32,000 nt of DNA from Xanthomonas campestris pv. campestris str. ATCC 33913. GTDB lineage: Bacteria; Pseudomonadota; Gammaproteobacteria; Xanthomonadales; Xanthomonadaceae. The position numbers and the translations under genes are program-made. The notes below the pieces were generated by a model. The model was not told the DNA's origin, made no database searches, and was given only the letters and a program-made list of their open reading frames with translations. How positions within the stretch are numbered: the stretch's first letter is position 1; the number at the start of each line of letters is the position of its first letter. Positions 1 to 9,318 of this stretch are shown in pieces. The DNA lies in the NCBI RefSeq assembly GCF_000007145.1, contig NC_003902.1, positions 3,086,497 to 3,118,496 of the forward strand. Reading direction: 5' to 3'.

Positions 1-210
1 GCGTTCTGGAGCGCGTCGACAACCGGCACCGACTCCAAGGCCGGCACGCTGGTGCACGAGACCAGCCACTTCACCGTGGTGGCCGGCACCCAGGACCGCG
101 TGTATGGTCAGTCCGGCGCACGCAGCCTGGCGATCAGCAACCCGGCCCAGGCGATCACCAATGCCGACAGCCACGAGTACTTTGCCGAGAACACCCCGGC
201 GCAGAACTGA
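1..210 (+). CDS. 3' end of an M35/aspzincin-type metalloendopeptidase (peptidyl-Lys metalloendopeptidase family); 5' end lies outside the window
   Basis: Frame 1 is open from base 1 to TGA 208-210. It reads ...GTLVHETSHFTVVAGTQDRVYGQSGARSLAISNPAQAITNADSHEYFAENTPAQN. HExxH followed by GTxDxxYG is the aspzincin signature. Absent from the ORF track because it has no in-window start. Confidence 0.7.
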   Translation, partial: AFWSASTTGTDSKAGTLVHETSHFTVVAGTQDRVYGQSGARSLAISNPAQAITNADSHEYFAENTPAQN

Positions 211-233
211 TTGCGTGACTTTCTAAAAACGCC

Positions 234-266
234 AAAGGCCCGGCATGACTGCCGGGCCTTTGTTTT
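234..266. terminator. Bidirectional intrinsic-terminator-like hairpin between two convergent genes
   Basis: Perfect 12-bp stem: AAAGGCCCGGCA (234-245) and TGCCGGGCCTTT (250-261), loop TGAC. Followed by GTTTT on the + strand and preceded by AAAAA, which gives a T-run on the - strand. Confidence 0.65.
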
Positions 267-281
267 ACGCGTAATCAAGAA

Positions 282-674
282 TTACTTGATCAGGCGCAGC
301 GTGAACGGATAGCGGTAGCTCTCGCCGCTGTTGGCCTTGACCGCCGCCAGGATGCAGAGCACCAGGTTGGCGACCCACACCAGCGTCGGCACGAAGAACA
401 GGATGCCGAACGACACGATGGTCAGGATCACCGCAGCCACGTAGGCGATGATCACGGTGATCTGGAAGTTCAGCGCTTCCTTGGCCTGGTCGGTGGCAAA
501 CGGCTTGGACGGGCCGGCGTCCTTGCTGATCAGCCAGATCACCAGCGCGCCGATGAAGGACGTCAGGATGCCCAGCAGGTGCGCGGCCAGTGCCAACGTG
601 CGCTCTTCCGAGGGCGTGCCGGTGCTGATCGGCGGCGGTGGTGGCGCGGCGTGTGTGTCGAACTCGCTCATCAT
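282..674 (-). CDS. DUF4870-like small integral membrane protein
   Basis: 130-aa ORF starting ATG-ATG. Pro-rich N-terminus, then three or four hydrophobic helices (LALAAHLLGILTSFIGALVIWLI, ITVIIAYVAAVILTIVSFGILFF, LVWVANLVLCILAAV) and a C-terminal YRYPFTLRLI motif typical of this family. Confidence 0.7.
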   Translation of the reverse strand: MMSEFDTHAAPPPPPISTGTPSEERTLALAAHLLGILTSFIGALVIWLISKDAGPSKPFATDQAKEALNFQITVIIAYVAAVILTIVSFGILFFVPTLVWVANLVLCILAAVKANSGESYRYPFTLRLIK

Positions 675-752
675 GTCTCCCCATGCATGGTTGTGGTGTG
701 CGGCGGACTATAGCAACCAATCCGCGCGCCACCAGTGCGGGAAGCCATGGGT

Positions 753-776
753 CCGCCAGCGCCGGGACGCTGGCGG
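753..776. other. GC-rich hairpin downstream of pmbA and upstream of the DUF4870 gene
   Basis: Perfect 9-bp stem CCGCCAGCG / CGCTGGCGG with loop CCGGGA. No adjacent T/A run, so terminator function is uncertain. Confidence 0.35.
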
Positions 777-798
777 GCGCAGTTACTGGGCGGGTGAC

Positions 799-2166
799 TC
801 AGCTGTCGCCGGCCACGGTCATGCGATTGATCAGCACCGAGCCGATCTTGACGTGCGAGCGCGGGTCGACATCGCTGCCCACCGCTTCGATCCCGGCAAA
901 CATGTCGCGCAGGTTGCCGGCAATGGTCAGCCCGTCGACCGGATAGGCGATCTCGCCGTTCTCGACCCAGAACCCGCCGGCACCGCGCGAATAGTCGCCG
1001 GTCACCGCGTTGACGCCGTTGCCCATCAGCTCGGTGACCAGCAGCCCGCGCGACATGCCGGCGACCATCGATGCCAGGTCGCCGGCATTGGCGGTCACCT
1101 GCAGGTTGTGCACCCCGCCGGCATTGGCGGTGGTCTGCAGCCCGAGCTTGCGCGCCGAATAGCTGCCCAGCACATAACGCTGCAGCACGCCGCCGTCGAC
1201 CAGAGCCGAGCGACGCGTGGCCACGCCTTCCCCGTCGAACGCGGCCGAGCGCAGGCCGCGACGCAAGTGCGGCAATTCCTCGATACCGAACCAGTCGGGA
1301 AACAGCTGGGTGCCGACGCTATCAAGCAGGAAGCTGGCGCGGCGGTACAACGCACCGCCGGACACTGCACCGAGCAGATGCCCAACGAGCGAGCGTGCCA
1401 CTTCCGGCGCGAACAGCACTGGCAACTGGCCGGTCGGCAGCGAGCGCGGCTGCAACCGTGCCACGGTGCGCGCGGCGGCATGCCGGCCGATCGCGTCCGG
1501 CGCTTCCAGGTCTTCGCGCGCCAGCGCACTGCTGTACCAACCATCGCGCTGCATGCCATCGCCCTGCCCGGCAATCAGCGCGCAGCTGATCGAATGATGG
1601 GTGCCACGCTCGCGCCCGATGAATCCGTGCGAGTTGGCATACACCGACAGGCTGAGCCCGGTACTGGCCGAGGCGCCATCGGAGTTACTGATCCGCGCAT
1701 CGGCCTGCCGGCCGGCGTTTTCGCAGGCCAGCGCCAGGTCCACGGCGGTGTCGGCATCCAGCGCCCACGGGTGCCAGCTGTCCAGCTCGGGGAAGTCGCG
1801 CGCCATCAGCTCCGCATCGGCCAGGCCGGCGGCGGGGTCATCTTCGGTATAGCGGGCAATGGCGCAGGCCTGCGCAACGGTGGCCTCCAGGCTGGATTCC
1901 TGCAGGTCGGCGGTGCTCGCACTGCCCTTGCGCTTGCCGAAGTACACCGTGACCGCAATGCCGCGATCGCGCGTGGACTCGACCGTTTCCACCTCGCCGA
2001 GCCGCACGTTCACGTCCAGACCACGTTCTTCGCTGCAGCTCACTTCGGCCTGGGTCGCGCCGGCGGCGCGGGCGCGCTCGAGCAGCCGCTGAGAGATGTC
2101 GGTGAGTGCCTCCAGGCGCTGCAGGCTGTCGTCGGTCACACGGGTTTCGGAGGAGAGTGCGTTCAA
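799..2166 (-). CDS. pmbA: Metalloprotease PmbA (TldE), partner of TldD
   Basis: Full-length colinear similarity to E. coli PmbA (GIAVTVYFGKRKGSASTADL, YSARKLGLQTTANAGG, TGDYSRGAGGFWVENGEIAYPV). I chose the TTG at 2166 (455 aa) because AAGGA lies 7 nt upstream. The longest ORF starts at ATG 2211, has no SD, and sits inside an intergenic hairpin repeat. Confidence 0.88.
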   Translation of the reverse strand: MNALSSETRVTDDSLQRLEALTDISQRLLERARAAGATQAEVSCSEERGLDVNVRLGEVETVESTRDRGIAVTVYFGKRKGSASTADLQESSLEATVAQACAIARYTEDDPAAGLADAELMARDFPELDSWHPWALDADTAVDLALACENAGRQADARISNSDGASASTGLSLSVYANSHGFIGRERGTHHSISCALIAGQGDGMQRDGWYSSALAREDLEAPDAIGRHAAARTVARLQPRSLPTGQLPVLFAPEVARSLVGHLLGAVSGGALYRRASFLLDSVGTQLFPDWFGIEELPHLRRGLRSAAFDGEGVATRRSALVDGGVLQRYVLGSYSARKLGLQTTANAGGVHNLQVTANAGDLASMVAGMSRGLLVTELMGNGVNAVTGDYSRGAGGFWVENGEIAYPVDGLTIAGNLRDMFAGIEAVGSDVDPRSHVKIGSVLINRMTVAGDS

Positions 2167-2176
2167 TGCTTTATCC

Positions 2177-2339
2177 TTTGGATGCGAATCCGTCCGCGAA
2201 AGCCCGGCCATCGTGGCCGGACTGTCTGAATTTGGATGCGGATCCTTCCGCAGAACGCTCGGCCATCCATGGCCGCAGTGTCTGAATTTGGTGCGGAGTC
2301 TTCCGCCGGAGTCCGGCCGTTCATGGCCGGAAATTTAAC
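2177..2339. repeat. Three tandem ~55-bp hairpin-containing repeat units in the pmbA/yjgA divergent spacer
   Basis: Units are 2177-2230, 2231-2286 and 2287-2339. Each begins TTTGG(A)TGCGGA and carries a short CCGGCCAT..ATGGCCGG-type palindrome. The first two end in GTCTGAA. Confidence 0.8.
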
Positions 2340-2364
2340 TAAACACGTTTTGGGATGTAGTGGC

Positions 2365-2946
2365 ATGCGCGGACGCGATGAAGATACCGGTGAATTTCGT
2401 GGCGCCAGCCGCAGCCAGCAACGGCGCGAGGCCTTGGAAATTTTCGACCTGGGCGAAAAGCTGGTGGCGCTCACCCCGGCGCAGCTGGCCAAGTTGCCGG
2501 TGCCCGAGTCGTTGATCCCGCACATCGAAGAGAGCAAGCGCATCACCTCGCATATCGCGCACAAGCGCCAGCTGGCGTTTCTGGCCAAGCACATGCGCCG
2601 CGAGGACGACGAAACCCTGGATGCGATCCGCGATGCGCTGGATGCCAACAGCGATACCGCGCGCCGCGAAGTGGCGGCGATTCACCGCGTCGAACGCTGG
2701 CGCGAGCGCCTGCTCGCCGAAGGCGACGTCGCGCTGGCCGAATTGCTGGAAGCCTACCCGGCTGCCGACCGCCAGCAACTGCGTCAACTGGTGCGCAACG
2801 CGATCCACGAGCGGGCCAAGAACAAGCCGCCGCGCGCCTACCGCGAGCTGTTCCAGGTGCTGCGTGATCTGTCTCAGAAGCCCGGATTGGAGAGTGGGGA
2901 TGCGGGATTGGAAGACGAAGAGTCGGCGTCGGAAAACGACGAATAA
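2365..2946 (+). CDS. yjgA: Ribosome-associated protein YjgA (DUF615; DarP)
   Basis: 193 aa from ATG 2365, colinear with E. coli YjgA ([15 protein letters not shown] versus E. coli PDADRQQLRTLIRNA; [18 protein letters not shown]). The longer track ORF (2236) would read through the tandem repeats. Confidence 0.85.
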
Positions 2947-2984
2947 GGCTCCGCCCGATCCACCGAGCCCCGCAACGGCGATTC

Positions 2985-3110
2985 CTGCCGTTGCAATTCC
3001 CCATTCCCGATTCCCGATTCCCCTCTGCTGAACCGGCAAACCGCAACCGCCCAACGCACCGCTCTGCGCCCCTGCCGTTGCGATTCCCCACTCCCGATTC
3101 CCGATTCCCG
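2985..3110. repeat. Two direct copies of a ~39-bp module ending in GATTCCC/GGGAATC heptamer arrays
   Basis: CTGCCGTTGCAATTCCCCATTCCCGATTCCCGATTCCCC (2985-3024) and CTGCCGTTGCGATTCCCCACTCCCGATTCCCGATTCCC (3072-3110). An 8-bp hairpin GCAACGGC/GCCGTTGC (2972-2994) abuts copy 1. The module fills the convergent yjgA/tldD gap. Confidence 0.85.
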
Positions 3111-3115
3111 GCATC

Positions 3116-4561
3116 TCAGGCCCGCGTTCCGCCCACGGTGATGCCGTCGATCAGCAGCGACGGCTGACCCACGCCGACCGGCACGCTCTGCCCGTCCTTG
3201 CCGCAGACGCCCACGCCTTCGTCCAGGGCCAGATCGTTGCCGATCATGCGCACCTTCTGCATGGTTTCCGGGCCGTTGCCGATCAGGGTGGCGCCCTTCA
3301 CGGGCGCGGTGACCTTGCCGTCTTCGATCAGGTAGGCCTCGGTTGCGGAGAACACGTACTTGCCGCTGGTGATGTCGACCTGGCCGCCACCGAAGTTGAC
3401 CGCATAGATGCCCTTCTTGACCGAGCGGATCATCTCTTGCGGGTCGTGCTCGCCGGCACGCATGTAGGTATTGGTCATGCGCGGCATGGTCAGGTGCGCG
3501 AAGGATTCGCGGCGGCCATTGCCGGTGGGCGCCACGCCCATCAGGCGCGCGTTGTGGGTGTCCTGCATGTAGCCGACCAGCACGCCGTCTTCGATCAGCG
3601 TGGTGCACTGGCTGGGCGTGCCTTCGTCATCGATATTGAGCGAGCCGCGGCGTCCATCCAGGGTGCCGTCATCGACGATGGTCACGCCCTTGGAGGCCAC
3701 GCGCTCGCCAATGCGGCCGGCGTAGACGCTGGTGCCCTTGCGATTGAAGTCGCCTTCCAGCCCATGGCCCACCGCTTCGTGCAGCAGCACGCCCGGCCAG
3801 CCCGGCCCCAGCACCACCGGCATCACGCCGGCCGGCGCGGGAATCGCATCCAGGTTGACCAGCGCCTGGCGCAATGCTTCACGCGCAAAACCTTCCGGGC
3901 GGCCATCGGCGAACAGCTCGGCATAGCCGTAACGGCCACCGCCACCGGAATAGCCGGACTCGCGGCGGCCGCCGTGTTCGACGATCACCTGCACGTTCAA
4001 GCGCACCAGCGGGCGCACGTCGGCGGCCAGCACACCGTCACTGCGCGCGATCAGTACCGTGTCCACGCCGCCGGACAAATTCACCATCACCTGCTTGACG
4101 CGCGCGTCCGCAGCGCGCAGGTACTGGTCGATGCGGCGCAGCAGGTCCACCTTGGTGGCGCTGTCCATGTCGTCGATCGGGTCGGTGGCCGGATACAGCG
4201 CACGGCCGTTGCCGCGCACCAGCGTGCGGGTGGATTGCGCGCCGCCGTCGCGTGAGATCGCGCGCGCCGACTGGGCCGCTTCCAGCAAGGCTTCGCGCTG
4301 GATGTCGTCGGAATAGGCAAATCCGGTTTTTTCGCCGGAGATGGCGCGCACGCCCACGCCTTGTTCGATGGAATGCGCACCGTCCTTGACGATGCCGTCT
4401 TCCACACTCCAGCTCTCGCGTCGCGAATGCTGGAAGTACAGGTCGCCGAAGTCGATGCCGGGGCCCAGCAGGGCGCCGAAGGTGCGGTCGAGGTGGCCGG
4501 TATCCAGGCCGGAAGGAAGCAGCAGCCGGGATTCGGCCAGAGTCAGGGCGGTGTCGGTCAT
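3116..4561 (-). CDS. tldD: Metalloprotease TldD
   Basis: 481 aa from ATG 4561, the same length as E. coli TldD. HExxxH motif present ([13 protein letters not shown]), plus GNGRRESF and [10 protein letters not shown] blocks. The N-terminal 32 codons of the track ORF (to 4657) look non-coding. Confidence 0.93.
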   Translation of the reverse strand: MTDTALTLAESRLLLPSGLDTGHLDRTFGALLGPGIDFGDLYFQHSRRESWSVEDGIVKDGAHSIEQGVGVRAISGEKTGFAYSDDIQREALLEAAQSARAISRDGGAQSTRTLVRGNGRALYPATDPIDDMDSATKVDLLRRIDQYLRAADARVKQVMVNLSGGVDTVLIARSDGVLAADVRPLVRLNVQVIVEHGGRRESGYSGGGGRYGYAELFADGRPEGFAREALRQALVNLDAIPAPAGVMPVVLGPGWPGVLLHEAVGHGLEGDFNRKGTSVYAGRIGERVASKGVTIVDDGTLDGRRGSLNIDDEGTPSQCTTLIEDGVLVGYMQDTHNARLMGVAPTGNGRRESFAHLTMPRMTNTYMRAGEHDPQEMIRSVKKGIYAVNFGGGQVDITSGKYVFSATEAYLIEDGKVTAPVKGATLIGNGPETMQKVRMIGNDLALDEGVGVCGKDGQSVPVGVGQPSLLIDGITVGGTRA

Positions 4562-4659
4562 GTGGTCAGGATGGGGGTCTCGCGCCGGGGAGACAAGTCG
4601 CGCGGCTGAACGTGGCACGCGGCTATCATCGCCAGCCCGCTGCCAGCCACCGCGCACGC

Positions 4660-5415
4660 ATGAAGCTCACTGCCCACGTTCTGGACGGACACACGCTGGA
4701 TATTCGCCCCGCACCGCACGAACGCGCCTGGATGGATGCCACCGACCAACGCTACGCCTACCGTTGCCTGCCGCTGGCCATCGCCAATGCGCATGGCTGG
4801 GAGCTGCTGTGCCAGGCCGGCTTCGAGGCGGTCTGGGATGGCGGCGATGGGCTGGGCGCGGTGGTCATCACCGCCGATGCCGGCAACGCCGCGCCGGCGA
4901 TCAGCCATTTTGGCTACGGCATGCTGACCTTCCACGTGCCCTGCCTGTTTCGGACCGACGCGGGCGTGGACCTGTTCGTCACCGGGCCGTTGAACTGTCC
5001 CAAGGACGGCATCGGTGCGCTGAGCGGCATCGTGGAAACCGACTGGAGCCCGTACACCTTCACCATGAACTGGCGTTTTACCCGGCCGGGGCGGGTGCGC
5101 TTCGAGGCGGGTGAGCCGTTTTGCCATCTGTTCCCGCTACAGCGGCAGTTGATCGAACAGGTGCAGCCGCAGTGGCAGCCGTTGTCCGAAACGCCGGCGC
5201 TGGCGCAGCAGCATGCCGACTGGACCGACAGCCGCAGCCGTTTCCTGGAAGCCTTGCCGGACGCGCAATCGGCGGCGGCGCGCGAGAAATGGCAGCGCGG
5301 CTACTTTCGTGGCGTGACTGCGCCTGCGCAGACGCCGGTGGCCGGGCACCGCACGCGGCTGCGCCTGCCGCTATTCACGCGTACCGGCGCGTCGCTTGAC
5401 CCAGCCGGCGAGTGA
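4660..5415 (+). CDS. Conserved hypothetical protein, DUF6065-like
   Basis: 251 aa from ATG 4660 (the track ORF starts at GTG 4612). High-GC3 coding signal. [18 protein letters not shown] and [14 protein letters not shown] resemble what I recall of DUF6065. No functional motif recognised. Confidence 0.65.
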   Translation: MKLTAHVLDGHTLDIRPAPHERAWMDATDQRYAYRCLPLAIANAHGWELLCQAGFEAVWDGGDGLGAVVITADAGNAAPAISHFGYGMLTFHVPCLFRTDAGVDLFVTGPLNCPKDGIGALSGIVETDWSPYTFTMNWRFTRPGRVRFEAGEPFCHLFPLQRQLIEQVQPQWQPLSETPALAQQHADWTDSRSRFLEALPDAQSAAAREKWQRGYFRGVTAPAQTPVAGHRTRLRLPLFTRTGASLDPAGE

Positions 5416-5427
5416 TCGACTGACTGC

Positions 5428-8400
5428 CTAGCGCGGCGCCTTGTCCGGCGCCGGCCTGGCGGGCGCACGCTCGCGCGCATCGCGGTCCACCACGTCCACC
5501 TGCGGCTCTTTCCACGGCCCGGTGACGTGATAGGTCTTGGCGCCAATCGCGCCCAGCGGTTTGCCGAGCACCGCATTGGCGGCCGCGCCGACCGCCGCAC
5601 CCACCGGGCCACCGGCCACCGCGCCCACCACCGTGAGCAGATTGCCGGCCTTGGGGTTCACGTCCACGGTCTGGTCGAAGGTCTGCGCACGCAGGTCGGT
5701 CTGCCCGCGGATGGCGATGTCGGCAGCCGGGCCTTCGATCCGGATCGCATCGGTGCGCGCAAAGCCATCGCCAAAGCGCACTTCGCCAGCGAGCTTGTTG
5801 AACGCCAGGCCCTTGGAGAAGAAGTCGCGGAAGTCGAACATCAACCGGCGCGGCAACTGCGCCACGCTGAGCAGGCCAAGCACGCGGCCGGCGCCGGGGT
5901 CCACTTCCAGCAACTGGCCGTTGCGGGCGTCCACGGTGAGATTGCCCTCGAGCGAGCCGAGCGCAAACCCGGTCGGCGAGCCCTGCCAGCCGGCGTTGAG
6001 TTCCAGCTGGCCTTCGCCGCCGCGCAGCTGCCCGCCCAGGGTGAGGTTCTGCAGCAGATTGCCCAGGTTGCGGCTGTCCACGCGCGCAGACAGCCGCGTG
6101 CTGGCGGCCTCGCCCTTGCCGCGCCAGGCGCCGGTCAGGCCGATGTTCTGGTCGTCCGAGCGCAGTTGCAGCTGGTCCACCTGCATGCCGTCGGTGAGCC
6201 GGCTGCTGCGCAAGGTGGCCGCGCCCAGGGTCATCTTGCCCACGCGCAGGTCGTCGATATCCAGCGATAGCGGCGGGATCGACACCGGGTCGAACTCGGC
6301 CACCGCGCGCCGCGCCGGCTCCGGCAATGCGCCGGCGAGCGGGTCGCCGGGTTCGGGCGCGGCCGGTTCCGGCGCAGCGGCCACCGGCTGCCAGCGCACC
6401 GTGCTGAGCTTGCCCTGCACTGCGGCGCCATCGGCATTGGGCACGGTGAGCTGGCCGGCCAGCGACGGCCCATCCAATGTCACCGCCACCGCATCGCGAG
6501 TGGGGCGCAGGCGCAGGCGGGTCTGCGGAAAGACGCCGCCAATCATCAACAGTTTGTCGGCCTGCACATCCACCTGCAGCAGCGGCAGCTTTTCGCTTGG
6601 CTGCGCCGGTTGGCCGGGTAGCGGCGGCGTGTCGGGCTCGGCACTGCCGCGTGCCAGGCTGATCCAGTCGATGGCATCCAGCGAGGCGGTGCGGCCATTG
6701 ACCACCAGGCCATTGGCCGGCGGCCGCTCGGTCACGGTGTCGGTGCCCATCACCACGCGCACGCCGGTCTGGGTGCCCTGGCTGCTGGCCTTGACCGCCA
6801 CCAGCTGGCCGAACGCCACGTCGATATCGCCATTGCCCACCGGCAACGCCACCTTGACCCGCGTGTCCAGCGGCTGCGTGGCCGGCTTGTCCAGCGGTGC
6901 GGGCAGATCCAGCGTGGTGCCGACCAACTGCGAGCGCAACGTGAGCTGTGCAGGCACATCGGGCTGCCCCGGACGCGCCAGCGGCACATCCACGCCCACC
7001 TGCCATGGCGCGCTGCCATGCACATACGGACGCAGCCATTCCATCTGCGGCGCGCGGTCGAACAGCTCCTTCGCATCCAGCGTGGCCCCGAAGCGCGCCT
7101 CGAACGCCTGCGCCGGGTCCTGCACAAAGCCGCCGGCACGCAACGCCAGCTCGCCGGTGCGGCCCTGATGCTGCACGCTCAGATGCTCGGCGCCGAAGCC
7201 GCTGTCGCGGTACTCGGCCTGCCCGCTGACCTGATCGAAGGCCAGGTTCCAGCGCGCGTCGGCCAGCTTGGCGCCCTGCAGCGCAACGGTGCCCTGCAGA
7301 TGCCCGCCCACGCCCTTGGTGCGTAACGGGCGCAGCAGATCGAAGGTGACCGCGGCCGGGCCGGAGGTGGTGAGGTTGCGCAAGGTGTCGCCATAGCGGC
7401 GCTCCAGCGGGCTGCTGCGCAACATGCCCAGCAACTGCGCAGTGTCAGCCTGAGTGGAGGCGCGCACATAGAGCTCGGAGGTGGCGAAATTGGGGATACC
7501 GGCCCCGAACTGCGCCACCGGCGTGCCGGCCAGCGCGCCGCTGCCTTGCAGCGAGAAACCATTGCCGATGAAGCGCAGGTCGGCCTGCACCTGGGTCATC
7601 GCCGGCCAGTCCGGCTGGAAGCGGATTTCGCCATCGCGAATCTGCCCGAAGGCTTCGAAGCGGCCATCGTTGTTGTCGAACGGCCAGTCGTCCAGGTCGC
7701 CGCTGACCAGGCCGGTGCCGCCGGTAATCACGCCCCCGGCTACCGCCATGTCGAGCCAGTCGATGGCGGCCTTGCTCATCTTCGAACGGATCCAGAACTT
7801 GCGCGCCACCGGCAGTGCGGCGTCATCCAGCTGCGCCGCCAGGGAGATGCGTGGCCGGGTGCCATCGTTCTGAAACCACATCCCGCCGCGCAGGTTGGCG
7901 CCGTAGTCCTTGGCCTGCACCCGCAGCGCCGGCGTGGCGACCTGCCAGCCGTCGCCGTCGCGCCAGCCAACGATGCTACCGGCCAGTTGCACCTCGTGCA
8001 CCACACCAAAGCCGGTGGGCCAGTCGAAGCGCAGCGTGGCGTCGGGCGCGGTTTGCAGCGCGATCGCCTGCGCATCGCCGTCGAAGTGCCCGCGCAGGCC
8101 GCTGATGCCCGGCGATTTCCCGACCGGCTGGAATGCCAGTTCCTCGACCTGCCCCTGCGCGCGCACCGCGCCGCCCTGCTCGCCCGCCAGCTGCAGCTTG
8201 CTCACGCGCAACTGCGGCCTGGACAACGCCAGCCAGCGGCGCAGGCCCGGCGACAGCTGGTCGCTCAGCGCAGCGGCGGCGATCAGCCCGGACACATCCA
8301 GCGCGTCGCCCACCACCGCATAACGGCGCCCGGCGGCGATGCTCAGGCCGTCGAGATGCTGCAGCGTGTTCGCGCTGCCCAGGCGCAGCTGTGGTGCATC

Positions 8401-9318
8401 CAGCCGCCAGCCACCCGCCACGGTCTGCCAGCGCGCACGCGCCTGCAGGCGTTCCCACTTGAGCGTGCGGCGCGCCGATTCGCCAGCCAACGGCGCTCCC
8501 GACAATTGCACCTGGGTGAGGTCGGCCACCACGGTGACCGCTGACACGCGGCGGGCACGCAGCTGCGCCCAGGCCTGCAGCCGTCCGCTGCCGCCATCCA
8601 CCCGCACGCCGCCGGCCTGCAGCAGCGACGCCCACGCGGCCAGGTCCGCCGGCGCGGCCTGCGCGTACGCGCTGCCATCGCCACTGTCGCGGTCGAACTC
8701 CAGCACCGAGGTCAGCGGCGCGCGTGCCAGGTCGATCCAGCTGCGGCTGCCGACACGCAGGGTCGCGCCCTGCACGCGCAGCCGCAGATCGATCCGTGGC
8801 AGCGTGGTGTCCAGCCCGATCGACGGCGCATCGATATGCAGCCGCGCCTCCGACACCTGGATTTCGCCCAACCGGCGCAAGGCGTCCAGGGGATCGGCGT
8901 GCCGGCCACTGGGCAGCCCCTGCACCGACCACACCCCGTCATCGCCACGCTGCAGGGTCAAAGCGAGCCCGCGCAGGCGCACCTCGGTCAGCGCATGGCC
9001 CGGCAACAGGCCGGCGTACATCGCCAGCACCACTTCGGCCTGGCCCACACGCACGTCACCGTTGGGGCCGATGCGCAGCCCATCCAGACGCAACAACGGG
9101 CCGCGGCGGGTCCATTCGGTCTGCAGGCGGTCGAAGCGGATCGGCTGGCCGGCACGCTCGCTCAGCCACGCGGCAATCTGTTGCGGATGCTGCTCTGCCA
9201 GCGGCAGCGCCTGGCTGGCCGCGCCCACCAGCACGGCGAGCGCCACCAGCGCGAGCGCACTGGCGGTGATCGCATAACGGCGAAACAGGCGGAGACGGCG
9301 GCGCAGCGGGGTCGGCAT
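5428..9318 (-). CDS. yhdP: YhdP-family AsmA-like envelope protein (TIGR02099/DUF3971 type), putative inter-membrane lipid transport
   Basis: 1296 aa with an N-terminal anchor (RRYAITASALALVALAVLVGAA) and a long repetitive beta-rich body. Its size and position between rng and tldD match E. coli yhdP. Confidence 0.85.
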   Translation of the reverse strand: MPTPLRRRLRLFRRYAITASALALVALAVLVGAASQALPLAEQHPQQIAAWLSERAGQPIRFDRLQTEWTRRGPLLRLDGLRIGPNGDVRVGQAEVVLAMYAGLLPGHALTEVRLRGLALTLQRGDDGVWSVQGLPSGRHADPLDALRRLGEIQVSEARLHIDAPSIGLDTTLPRIDLRLRVQGATLRVGSRSWIDLARAPLTSVLEFDRDSGDGSAYAQAAPADLAAWASLLQAGGVRVDGGSGRLQAWAQLRARRVSAVTVVADLTQVQLSGAPLAGESARRTLKWERLQARARWQTVAGGWRLDAPQLRLGSANTLQHLDGLSIAAGRRYAVVGDALDVSGLIAAAALSDQLSPGLRRWLALSRPQLRVSKLQLAGEQGGAVRAQGQVEELAFQPVGKSPGISGLRGHFDGDAQAIALQTAPDATLRFDWPTGFGVVHEVQLAGSIVGWRDGDGWQVATPALRVQAKDYGANLRGGMWFQNDGTRPRISLAAQLDDAALPVARKFWIRSKMSKAAIDWLDMAVAGGVITGGTGLVSGDLDDWPFDNNDGRFEAFGQIRDGEIRFQPDWPAMTQVQADLRFIGNGFSLQGSGALAGTPVAQFGAGIPNFATSELYVRASTQADTAQLLGMLRSSPLERRYGDTLRNLTTSGPAAVTFDLLRPLRTKGVGGHLQGTVALQGAKLADARWNLAFDQVSGQAEYRDSGFGAEHLSVQHQGRTGELALRAGGFVQDPAQAFEARFGATLDAKELFDRAPQMEWLRPYVHGSAPWQVGVDVPLARPGQPDVPAQLTLRSQLVGTTLDLPAPLDKPATQPLDTRVKVALPVGNGDIDVAFGQLVAVKASSQGTQTGVRVVMGTDTVTERPPANGLVVNGRTASLDAIDWISLARGSAEPDTPPLPGQPAQPSEKLPLLQVDVQADKLLMIGGVFPQTRLRLRPTRDAVAVTLDGPSLAGQLTVPNADGAAVQGKLSTVRWQPVAAAPEPAAPEPGDPLAGALPEPARRAVAEFDPVSIPPLSLDIDDLRVGKMTLGAATLRSSRLTDGMQVDQLQLRSDDQNIGLTGAWRGKGEAASTRLSARVDSRNLGNLLQNLTLGGQLRGGEGQLELNAGWQGSPTGFALGSLEGNLTVDARNGQLLEVDPGAGRVLGLLSVAQLPRRLMFDFRDFFSKGLAFNKLAGEVRFGDGFARTDAIRIEGPAADIAIRGQTDLRAQTFDQTVDVNPKAGNLLTVVGAVAGGPVGAAVGAAANAVLGKPLGAIGAKTYHVTGPWKEPQVDVVDRDARERAPARPAPDKAPR

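Noticed and set aside
448-2229. 593-aa + strand ORF covering the DUF4870 gene and pmbA in antisense
   Set aside because: It is a shadow ORF opposite a well-supported pmbA. The composition is Arg/Ala/Gly-rich and it resembles no protein family. This is typical of high-GC DNA.
2177-3110. CRISPR array (regularly spaced repeats at 2177-2339 and 2985-3110; also 19376-19535)
   Set aside because: The units are contiguous or irregularly spaced, with no unique spacers of constant length. The copies are degenerate and no cas genes are present.
2335-3114. 259-aa minus-strand ORF with repeated GIGNREWGIATAG segments that looks like a repeat protein
   Set aside because: The repeats are just the translation of the intergenic heptamer modules, and the rest is antisense to yjgA. 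There is no independent coding signal.
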